Part shown: positions 46,821 to 56,400 of the stretch, piece by piece
How positions within the stretch are numbered: position 1 is the first letter of the stretch
Layout: each line of letters opens with the position of its first letter
NCBI GenBank assembly: GCA_002439165.1
Contig: DJTE01000011.1
Location: forward strand, 87,297-151,296
DNA from: Chryseobacterium indologenes
GTDB lineage: Bacteria > Bacteroidota > Bacteroidia > Flavobacteriales > Weeksellaceae
Direction: 5' to 3'
DNA length: 64,000 nucleotides
Made by a program: the position numbers and the translations under genes
Notes under the pieces: generated by a model
Told to the model about the DNA's origin: nothing
The model's database searches: none
The model's input: the letters and a program-made list of their open reading frames with translations, nothing else

Positions 46821-49082
46821 ATGAAGAGATTTAAAACCATGAAAAAACTCTACTTTTTATTTTTAATCCTCAGTTCAATTTCTGCATTTGCACAAACGTA
46901 TAGTTATACAACATACAATACTTCCAATTCAGAAATAGGAAGCAACTATATTGCGGATATTGAAACCGATGCCAATGGTTTATTATGGCTGGCGACTTCT
47001 AACGGGATTTCAACTTTTAACGGAACGGCTTTTACCAATTATAATACGGCGAATTCCGGTATTGCATCCAATTCAATTATAAAAATTCAAATTGACGGTT
47101 TAGGCAGAAAATGGATTGCTTCTCAACTCAATGGGATTATTTTGTATAACGGTACAACCTGGACGAATTATACAACTTCCAATTCAGGCTTACCGGCTAA
47201 TGCAATCAATGATATAGCGGTTGACGGGCAGAATAACCTTTGGATTGCAACAGATTCAGGACTTACAAAATTCAACGGGACTGCCTGGACTACTTATACT
47301 TCTGTAAACAACCTGAATTCTGTGGCAACTGACAGTAATAATGGCGTTTGGGTTACCAATGGAGGGGTATTGTATAAATTCAACGGAACTGATTTTGATT
47401 TTGTAGCTCAGGGAACCGAACGTATATTAAGAATTGCCAACAATACAGTGTATCTGAAAGGTTCTGATAGCTTAATTACCTTAACAACAAGCGGAACTAA
47501 CCTTACATTTATCTATCAAAGCACTTCCTGCCTTGCAGGATACAACCCGAAGGCTTTGGATCTTGACACTAACAACAAGGTATGGATTGGCTTTAACGGA
47601 GCAGGTTTACAAAACTTTACTAATTGCACGACCTATACCAGAGAAAATACAAATTCAGGTTTGCCGGATGACTATTTCAGTGCAGTTAAGACAGTATCTT
47701 CAGGGACTATCTGGCTGGGAACATTGCAGCTTGGTTTGACGAAAATGACGCCAGGTGATGTTCAAAACGGCTGTTTTCAAAAAATAAGCGCGGGTAGCTT
47801 ACATAGTGTAGCTATAAAAACTGACGGAACATTATGGGCCTGGGGAAATAATTACTCAGGACAATTAGGAAATGGTACCACAGCTAATTCATCAATCCCG
47901 AAACAAATAGGGACAGGTAATAACTGGAAAGCGATAGCCGGTGGAAGCAATCACACAATTGCTCAAAAAACAGACGGAACACTGTGGGCATGGGGAGCAA
48001 ATTCAGGCCAGTTGGGAAATGGTACAAATACAGATCAGCATACACCGGTTCAGGTGGGAAGTGCTAATGATAATGATTGGAAAACCTTTGACAGTGGAAT
48101 GTATCATACCGTTGCTATAAAAAATAACGGTACATTGTGGGCCTGGGGGCTTAATCCGTATGGACAGTTAGGTACGGGCAACACTACAACCAGTTTGGTA
48201 CCCGTTCAAATAGGAACTGCCAATAACTGGTTAGCTGTTCAGTGCGGACAGGACTTTACCGTTGCCTTGAAAACAGACGGAACACTTTGGGCCTGGGGAA
48301 GCAATACTTACGGTACTGTTGGAGATGCCTCCAATACCAATAGATTAGTACCGACTCAAATTGGAACCGCCAACAATTGGCAGAGTCTTGGTGTAGGAGC
48401 ACTTCATGTTGCAGCATTAAAGACAGACGGAACACTTTGGGCATGGGGATATAATGCGAATGGACAGCTCGGGGACGGAACAACCACAGATAAGAATATT
48501 CCAACACAAATCGGAACCGCTGCTGACTGGCAGAATATTGCATCCGGAGGAAATCACACCCTTGCAATAAAATCCAACGGAACACTCTGGGCCTGGGGAA
48601 GGAATCAATATGGTCAGTTAGGAAACGGACTTACTGCAAATAGTAACGTTCCTGTACAGATAGGCAGTCTTACAACCTGGAAAACCATTGCCGGTGGAAT
48701 ATCACATACTTTTGCCTTAAAAAGCGACGGGACTGTCAGTACATGGGGATTAAATCTTTATGGTCAATTAGGTGACGGCTCTAATGTTGATAAAAAAATA
48801 CCAACAGCTCTTGCCTGTCCGACTTTAGGTGTTGATGATTTTACCATATCAAAGAATACCATAAAAGCTTATCCGAATCCTGTTCATGACAAGCTGATTA
48901 TTTCGTTTGATCAGAAGATTTCCTTTGTATCGGTTTATAATGTATTGGGGCAGGAAGTATTGAATAAAGAGGTGAATGCCAACGAAGGCACAATAGATTT
49001 TTCCGGTTTAGCACCAGGAGTTTATTGGGTTAAAGTAAATTCAAATGATAATACGAAGGCATTAAAAATCATTAAAAAATAA
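46821..49082 (+). CDS. T9SS cargo: two-component-regulator-propeller (Reg_prop-like) repeats + RCC1-like repeats + type-A sorting CTD
   Basis: Signal peptide MKRFKTMKKLYFLFLILSSISAFAQ at the internal ATG 46821. Reg_prop-like units (LWLATSNGISTFNGTAFTNY, LWIATDSGLTKFNGTAWTTY). At least seven RCC1-like units (HSVAIKTDGTLWAWGNNYSGQLGNGT...). CTD is YPNPVHDKLIISF...GVYWVKV. Confidence 0.8.
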   Translation: MKRFKTMKKLYFLFLILSSISAFAQTYSYTTYNTSNSEIGSNYIADIETDANGLLWLATSNGISTFNGTAFTNYNTANSGIASNSIIKIQIDGLGRKWIASQLNGIILYNGTTWTNYTTSNSGLPANAINDIAVDGQNNLWIATDSGLTKFNGTAWTTYTSVNNLNSVATDSNNGVWVTNGGVLYKFNGTDFDFVAQGTERILRIANNTVYLKGSDSLITLTTSGTNLTFIYQSTSCLAGYNPKALDLDTNNKVWIGFNGAGLQNFTNCTTYTRENTNSGLPDDYFSAVKTVSSGTIWLGTLQLGLTKMTPGDVQNGCFQKISAGSLHSVAIKTDGTLWAWGNNYSGQLGNGTTANSSIPKQIGTGNNWKAIAGGSNHTIAQKTDGTLWAWGANSGQLGNGTNTDQHTPVQVGSANDNDWKTFDSGMYHTVAIKNNGTLWAWGLNPYGQLGTGNTTTSLVPVQIGTANNWLAVQCGQDFTVALKTDGTLWAWGSNTYGTVGDASNTNRLVPTQIGTANNWQSLGVGALHVAALKTDGTLWAWGYNANGQLGDGTTTDKNIPTQIGTAADWQNIASGGNHTLAIKSNGTLWAWGRNQYGQLGNGLTANSNVPVQIGSLTTWKTIAGGISHTFALKSDGTVSTWGLNLYGQLGDGSNVDKKIPTALACPTLGVDDFTISKNTIKAYPNPVHDKLIISFDQKISFVSVYNVLGQEVLNKEVNANEGTIDFSGLAPGVYWVKVNSNDNTKALKIIKK

Positions 49083-49162
49083 CTGAAGATATTCATAACA
49101 AAAAATTAGGTCGGTGAATCATCAGGCTGATGCGACCAGATTTTTGAATGTGATTTACCTGG

Positions 49163-49190
49163 AAAAGTACACCGTAAAAAGTGTACTTTT
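49163..49190 (+). repeat. hairpin element copy 2 (terminator-like)
   Basis: AAAAGTACAC-cgtaaaaa-GTGTACTTTT. The downstream flank TTTTTATACCTTGCTTCTCCGAAAAGG resembles the flank of copy 3. Confidence 0.8.
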
Positions 49191-49335
49191 CTTGTTTTTA
49201 TACCTTGCTTCTCCGAAAAGGAAATTGTGTTTTTGATCCTGTTTGTAAATATTAATTGTGTTTATTAATCTTATTCTAGAATATATATGAAAATTATTTA
49301 TAAAAAACATTATATTTGTGAAAACTAATTACACT

Positions 49336-49449
49336 ATGCTAAGGATTGTTAATATTGATGACCATCAGGAAATCAGAAAAAATATACTCAGTTTCATTCC
49401 ATCCGGATTCATTATTTCTAACTGCTTAAAGGAATGTGAAAACCTTTAA
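49336..49449 (+). pseudogene. possible remnant of a response-regulator receiver domain (N-terminal ~37 codons only)
   Basis: MLRIVNIDDHQEIRKNILSFIPSGFIISNCLKECENL-stop resembles the start of NarL/LuxR-type receivers (M.RI.I.DDH..IR). It is truncated and has no downstream continuation. Confidence 0.3.
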
Positions 49450-49692
49450 TGCCATTTAATTTTCTGGAATAATACTTCATTACTTATCAATATCACCTAT
49501 TTTGACCTTACATCAGAACAGGCGGGTAAGTCTTTAAACAGATTTATATAAAATTCCAACGAATTTATTCGTGGCTTCAACAGATATTCATTTGTCAGAA
49601 TTATTATCTGGCTTTCATTTATTATTGCATCATAATTCAAAAGAAAACACATGCATATAAAACTAATAATATTAATTAAAATCAATAAACTC

Positions 49693-50430
49693 ATGAGAAA
49701 ACAATCAATTTTTTTAATTCCGGTTCTTGCCCTGATGCTTCTTTTTACATCTTGTGGAAAAGAGAGTACTCCGGTAGAAATAGGTAAAGAATTCAAAATA
49801 GAGCAAAACCCTATCACTATTGTAAAACTGGAGGAAGGAAAAGTACTGCGTTCATCAAAAGAAGAAAAGGTACAGATAGCACCAAAAGGGAAGAAATATA
49901 TCTATCTGGAGGTGAAAAATCCAAAAAGTGAAATGATCTTTCTGAAAGCTTTTAATAAAGAAAAAGAGCTGAAATCAGAGGACGATCTTCAGTATTTTTC
50001 CCATGATGTGGAAACCGGATTTGAAGATGCTTATTATCTTGTAGATGAAAATACCAGCATTGACAAAATTGTGATCACTACACCTTCTGAGACTGAATAT
50101 GTCGTTATGAATCCAGCGGTAACAAAAAGTAAGCTTTCTATTCCTGAAGATGTTCAGAAGATCATAGATTCTTATAGTGGAGAAAAAGCAATCGGGCTAA
50201 TGGATGGGTTTGCTCCTTATGTTAAAGATGGAAAAAATGTGTACGATGTTGCAAAGCAGGAAGGCCACGTGATTGCAAGTAACATGATGAGTAATAACGC
50301 TGAAGTTGATTACTTTACAGAGGATGGAAAGAAATATATTTTCAATGTGAAAAATATTTTTGGTACAAATGCAAAAGTAACCACCTATTGGGACAACGGT
50401 AAAATAACAAGTATAGAAGTTGTAGAATAA
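49693..50430 (+). CDS. hypothetical lipoprotein
   Basis: Lipobox MRKQSIFLIPVLALMLLFTSCGK at the internal ATG 49693. I recognise no family with confidence. Confidence 0.6.
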   Translation: MRKQSIFLIPVLALMLLFTSCGKESTPVEIGKEFKIEQNPITIVKLEEGKVLRSSKEEKVQIAPKGKKYIYLEVKNPKSEMIFLKAFNKEKELKSEDDLQYFSHDVETGFEDAYYLVDENTSIDKIVITTPSETEYVVMNPAVTKSKLSIPEDVQKIIDSYSGEKAIGLMDGFAPYVKDGKNVYDVAKQEGHVIASNMMSNNAEVDYFTEDGKKYIFNVKNIFGTNAKVTTYWDNGKITSIEVVE

Positions 50431-50586
50431 TAATTTTATAAAATCTGAAAAGATCGGTATAGACAGGTTATTATGGTTGGGATTAAACGCAGCCTCAGCA
50501 GGCCTCCTGCCCGTAAACAGGATATCGTTATAAAAAATATCCGCAAAACAATATGAAGTTTCGGTATCTTACCTGACGGCCATCTG

Positions 50587-50618
50587 AAAAAGTACACTAT
50601 AAAAAAGTGTACTTTTTT
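50587..50618 (+). repeat. hairpin element copy 3 (terminator-like)
   Basis: AAAAAGTACAC-tataaaaaa-GTGTACTTTTTT, with downstream flank ATTTATACTGCCTTGTCCTGAAAAAGC. Confidence 0.8.
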
Positions 50619-50824
50619 ATTTATACTGCCTTGTCCTGAAAAAGCAGAGAACTGAATAAAAAAGCCTCCTGATCTGAATGCCTGCCATTAAAAAAGGTAC
50701 AGGTTTCAACCCTTATGGTACCGGAATTGTCTCTGCAGTCAACAGTTCCTCCTGATATTTTTATTCCGTTTGGACCGAATTAAGTATATTTGATGGTTAG
50801 TCAATATTTCTTTTAAAACTGATC

Positions 50825-52672
50825 ATGAAATTCAGAAATGATATTTCCTTTCTCCGGGCACTGTCAGTAGTTGCTGTACTATTATATCATTTTAAATTTT
50901 CTTTTTTTAGAGGAGGGTTTATCGGGGTTGACATTTTCTTTGTTATCTCAGGCTATTTAATGACGCGGATCATTCTGTCCGGGCTCTCAGATAATAACTT
51001 CTCTCTTTCTGATTTTTATAAGAAAAGATTGATGAGAATATTTCCTGCACTGCTGGCCATGATTACGTTTTTTGGTATTCTGATCTATTTTTGTATCCCA
51101 ACCCAATGGCTAATCTATACAAAACAATGTTTTGCAAGCAGCCTTTTCTTTTCCAATATTGCATTTTATTACTGGGATGCAGGCTATTTCAGAGGCTCTC
51201 AGCAGCTCAATTTTCTGCTGCACACCTGGTCACTGTCTGTGGAGTGGCAGTTTTATATGGTGTATCCGGTGATGTTGATGCTTGTTCGCAAAACTTATAT
51301 CAATACCCGGAAGGTATTTAACGGTTTCTTTATTATGGGAATTTGCCTGTCTATAGGGCTGATGCTTTTTCATTATTTATTCAGTGCCACCTATTCTTTC
51401 TATATGCTGGATACAAGAGCCTGGGAAATGATGTCCGGAGGTCTTGTTTTTCTGTTCAGAGACAGGATCAGGGGAAAAAGTACACAGGTAAAAAAGAGGC
51501 TTTTTTATGTATCGTTCGCGATCCTTGTCTTCTTTCTCGTTTTTGCGGATGAACATTCCGTAAGATGGTGGCCGTTTGTAACAACTATGTTGCCGGTGGG
51601 GTGTACGGCTCTGATTTTATGGTTACAGCCTGACCTGAAGATTTTCAGTAACAGAATAATTAAATATACAGGAGATATTTCCTATTCACTATATCTGTGG
51701 CACTGGCCGCTGTATGTTTTCAGCTTGTTTTTCGGACTGAACGAAAGCTTTATCTATAAAATGGCATTCATTGTGCTGTCTGTATTTTTTGCCGCTATAT
51801 CTTACCATTGCATTGAAAAGCGGGAGTATAGGAACTATAAATTTACTTTATGGGCTGCTGTAATCCTTTTTTTACTGTCTTATGGTGTTTCAAAGCTGAA
51901 TCCCCAATACTTATTGGATAGAAAAACGGCTAATCTTGCTTATGCAGCAGTGTATTACAAAGATAGCAAAGAAGTTCGGCGGCAGTTCAGGCGGGAAACT
52001 CAGCATCTGAGAGATGTTCAGCCTTTCAGTGAATATAATTTGAATACGCTGAAAATTAATCCTGACAAAAAAAATATCATTTTATTGGGAGACAGCCACG
52101 CAGGAATGTTCTCACAAACCATGCACGATATTCTGAATAAAGATAAATACCACCTGATTCAGGTTACGGGTGATGCTACCTATCCGATGGCTGATGCAGA
52201 AGGAGGATATTCCGGACCCAAAGAACTTTTTAATTACTTTTTTAAAGAATACTTCCCTGAAAACTATCAAAAGATTGATCTTGTTATTATCAATGCCAAT
52301 TACGATGCCTATGAGAAAAATGATCTGGCAGAGAAGATCGGTTTTAATGAAGATTATTTTAAAAAATATAATATTCCGGTTGTTTATCTGGGGCAGACAG
52401 AAAATTACGGCATCGACTTTCCTACCCATTTCTATCTGAAGAACAGATTTAATACTGAACCAGCCAATAGCCAGTCACTGAGAGATAAAGTACGGCAAAC
52501 CAATCGATATTTAATGGAAAGGCTTGGAAACCGGTACATCAGTCTCCTTGACTGTAAGATTACCAGAGTGAGTAAAGAAGGAATTCCTTATATGTACGAT
52601 ATGAACCATCTTACTTATTACGGGACCCGGCAATATCAGGAATTCATCCTGGAATCACTGCCCTTAAAATAA
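50825..52672 (+). CDS. acyltransferase family 3 fused to a C-terminal SGNH domain (OafA/YrhL-like O-acetyltransferase)
   Basis: AT3 N-terminus FLRALSVVAVLLYHF...GVDIFFVISGYL, about 10 TM helices, then an SGNH block I-like ILLGDSHA. Confidence 0.8.
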   Translation: MKFRNDISFLRALSVVAVLLYHFKFSFFRGGFIGVDIFFVISGYLMTRIILSGLSDNNFSLSDFYKKRLMRIFPALLAMITFFGILIYFCIPTQWLIYTKQCFASSLFFSNIAFYYWDAGYFRGSQQLNFLLHTWSLSVEWQFYMVYPVMLMLVRKTYINTRKVFNGFFIMGICLSIGLMLFHYLFSATYSFYMLDTRAWEMMSGGLVFLFRDRIRGKSTQVKKRLFYVSFAILVFFLVFADEHSVRWWPFVTTMLPVGCTALILWLQPDLKIFSNRIIKYTGDISYSLYLWHWPLYVFSLFFGLNESFIYKMAFIVLSVFFAAISYHCIEKREYRNYKFTLWAAVILFLLSYGVSKLNPQYLLDRKTANLAYAAVYYKDSKEVRRQFRRETQHLRDVQPFSEYNLNTLKINPDKKNIILLGDSHAGMFSQTMHDILNKDKYHLIQVTGDATYPMADAEGGYSGPKELFNYFFKEYFPENYQKIDLVIINANYDAYEKNDLAEKIGFNEDYFKKYNIPVVYLGQTENYGIDFPTHFYLKNRFNTEPANSQSLRDKVRQTNRYLMERLGNRYISLLDCKITRVSKEGIPYMYDMNHLTYYGTRQYQEFILESLPLK

Positions 52673-52987
52673 TTATGGGTGATACCATCAGGTATGATGC
52701 CGGGGATATCTGAAAATAATGAAACTTATCCGGCTGTTTTTAAGATGATAATAATCTGATTTTCATATTTATTTGCCAGTTTTTATATTGTAGAAATTAT
52801 TTTAAATCATGATAAACAGTCAAAGCTCTTAAATCATATGGCTTTTTCATTTTTATTTCCTTAAAAATAAAAGATTTAAATAATGTTTTTTTTAATTCGG
52901 AAAAATGCTCTTACAGGCTATACAATAGCGGAATGAAGGTACCACAGTGAAAAATTTCCCTATATTTAGTCCACACTAACTTCAAAT

Positions 52988-53422
52988 ATGGAAATAAAGG
53001 TCACAGTAAAGCAATTGGGTAAAAAACACCCTGTTCTTTCGGAACAGAAACTTGAAATAGAGTATACAGACAATACTATTACGCTGGAAAGGCTGTTAAA
53101 GCTGATCGTTCAGCAGCAGGTGGAAGCATTCAATGCAAAATCATTTGAACTGGAAGACGAAGACTATGCTAAAATCCCCACAGACAATTATCTGAATATC
53201 CTTACCGATACAGGAAAAGCAGGATTCGGAAGTATCTACAATCAGAAAAAGGCAGATCTGGCAAAAGCTCAGGAAAATGCCATTCAGGCTTTTGAAGACG
53301 GGCTGTTTGCCGTATTTTATAATGATGAACAACTTGAAAACCTCACCCAAATCATCAATCTGGGCCTGGAGCATTCCTTTACTTTCATCAGGCTTACCTT
53401 CCTGGCGGGAAGCTATTGGTAG
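52988..53422 (+). CDS. hypothetical 144-aa protein, first gene of the candidate system operon
   Basis: Clean ORF ending 27 nt before the giant ORF on the same strand. It has no signal peptide or TM segment and no motif I recognise. Confidence 0.6.
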   Translation: MEIKVTVKQLGKKHPVLSEQKLEIEYTDNTITLERLLKLIVQQQVEAFNAKSFELEDEDYAKIPTDNYLNILTDTGKAGFGSIYNQKKADLAKAQENAIQAFEDGLFAVFYNDEQLENLTQIINLGLEHSFTFIRLTFLAGSYW

Positions 53423-53449
53423 AAAAATCACACTAAGCAACAAATATAA

Positions 53450-56400
53450 ATGGAAATTACAGAAAAACTAAAATCAAAGGCTCTCGTCAGCAATTATTAC
53501 GAAAAAGTAAAAAAAGACCTCACAGCACTGGCAGAAGGCAATATTTCAGCACGTGTCTTCCAGGATAAGCCTGTACTTAAAAAAGAGGTAGCAGAGACGG
53601 CTCTGCTGCTGAAAGGGAAGGCCAATCATTACCAGCAGCTTACTTTAGGCTCCAAAGAGGCCGAAAAATTAAAAGATTACATCAAACCGGACATCTGGGA
53701 TGATAAAGATTATTACGAACTGCTCGTTTATTACTTTGGACCTTATGCTGATCTGATAAAGTATGCCTGGAACAAAATGGCTTACAAAATGTATCAGGCA
53801 GGATACTACCGCCGTTCATTCCGGGCACCGCATAACGAGCGTTATCTGTTGCTCAATCAGGTGAACCTTTTGCGGGAGCTTGTAAATTTCCCGGTAATCT
53901 ATAATTACAGCAGCGGTAATCAGTATTTTGATCTTTCACTGGAAGAACAGATCATTTACGATCACGCAATAGCCAATAATTCATCCCAGTTTTATGTATG
54001 GTCGGCAGCCATTGATACAGGAAATACAGCCGTCTACAAGTTAATTGAGGATATTATTTTCAATAAACATACAGAAGGAAAAGTATCCAGAAACATTATA
54101 AAGGCTCTGTTGAACAGTGAACAGAAGCACTGCTGGGAGCTCGTTGAAAAACTGTTGCTGGCAGCCCAGAGACAGGAAGGTCTCCGGCAGACCATACTGG
54201 AAGCGCTGGATGAAACCAGTATAGGAGCTCTTCAGTATATGGTTCACGTGATTCTTGAACACAAGCTCACCCGTTTTTCTTCCGTTGTGAGGGCCATAGA
54301 TACCTGGACAGGATTGGGATGGGATGCGGAAAAAGAATCTGTGGTGAAAAATATAGTCTCGCTGGCAGATACTTACTTCAGCAATCCCGAACAGATTCCT
54401 GCTGCCATAAAAAGCAAAAACAATAACGAGGTCTACATGGCACTTTGGGCACAGGCCGTCTGGGATGTGGAAAAAACAGTCCCTTACCTGCACCAGCTCT
54501 TTGATAAAGGAAATACGGAAAAAAAATGTCTGGCGGTAAAGTTTGCGGTGGAAACCGGAGATCCTTATATCCAGATGCCGCTGTTCTATAAAGCAATACA
54601 GGAGGACGATCTGCAGGTGCTGGCATTTGTGGGACCTTCTTTATCCTTATTATTAAGTGTCAATACCGACTCAAAATTCTATATCAATAATGCAGATTAT
54701 CCGGATTTTTTTGAAAAACTCCATGCATTAACCCAAAAGATAGACATAAAGGAAAAAAAATTCGAGGGGAAGATATTCTCATGGCTTAATGCTACTTTTA
54801 ATAAGAATAATTTCTATTCTTCGATGTTCTATCTGGTAGGAGAAGATGAAAGTAAACTGGATCTGGTGCTTTCTTATTTCGACCAGTTTGAACTTTCATT
54901 GCGGGAACAGCTGACGAGGGTACTTTTAGGTGACTTTTACTGCTATTCATTCTCTTACGGAATAGGAAAAAAGAAAAAGGCTGTTACTCCCTTCCAGAAA
55001 GAATTTGCTTTCAGAATTATAAAAGACAGGGGAGAATCTCTGATTGCTTCAGGAATCAATGTACTCCTTCAGAATTCCCTGAATAAAGAAGAAGTCATGA
55101 CTTTCTTCGATATGTTTAAAAGAAAAGGAGGGACGCTCCGTAAAAAACTGATCGAGCTCGTTATTCAGCAGGAGGATGAAACAGTGGTTCCGTTTGTGGA
55201 TGAACTGATGACCAAAGGTGATGTGGAGCAGAGAACAGCTTCTCTGGACCTCATGCTTCAGCTTCAAAAGAACAGAAGAGTGTCGGCCCGGATCACAGAA
55301 TGGACCAAAATATATTCTGAAAGGCCAAAGATCTCCGAAAGAGAACAGAACCTTCTGGAGCAGCTTAATCCTTCCGGAAATCAACAGCAGCTTTCCCCTG
55401 AAAATGGCTTCGGGTTCTATGATCCTAAAGTTATTTCTGCGTTCGGGCTGCCGGAAGTAAAAGCAGATTCCGTATATGCAAAAGCGGTTAAAAAAGAGAA
55501 ATACGGATTCACACAGCCATTAAGCCGGATAAAGGCGGAACTGAAAAAGCTGAATGACCTCTACCTGAAACATAAAGACTATGAGTACGAATTTGAAAAC
55601 TGGGATGGTGCTATGCAGAAACTGCTGCTGGGAAATAGTTTCGTACAGATTAAAAGGAATACCGAAGGTTTTACGGGCGCGCAGTTGACAGAAAACTATC
55701 CTTTGCATGAAGTATGGGAGCAGTGGTATAAAGATTCGGGGCTTGAGCCTAGAGATCTTTTCCTGATGACCTTTGCAGAAAGCTGCGACCATAAAAAATT
55801 CAGGGATTTTCTTGACAATTATGTGTTTTATTGTAGAGATGTGCTGCCGAATCCTAAGAAAGGAGGTTATTTCTGGGATAACCCTATTAAATATATTCTG
55901 GATTCGCTGCAGCATAAATTTGTGTTTGAAGAAAAAACAGACTTCCTGCTGGACATCTGCAGTACATTATTTGCGAATCTTCCGGAAGAAATTATCAATC
56001 ATAAGGCAAAACAAAACGATTACTATTACAGATACGACGGAAACGGCTGGCAGCAGACAGGCTTTTTCAATCTGTTCCTGGATGCGGTTCCGTTCCGGAA
56101 AATTACAGACGAACAGCTGATTAAGCTATGGAATTTATACCGTTGGATGCAGTTCAACGGACTGCCGGAAAATGTAAAGCATACCGTCCCTGATTTCTAC
56201 TTATTCTGTAAAGCTTATGAGCTGAAGGTAATCACCAAAGACGAGTTGTACGAAGGGATTTTCACCGGAGATTCTGTCATAAGAAACCTCACCACTGTCA
56301 AATTCTATCAGAACAGCGAAAAGCTGTTGGAAATCTTCCCTTTCCTGAAACCTGTTATTACAGAAATACAGAATAAATTCCTTGATGTGGAACTTATCCG

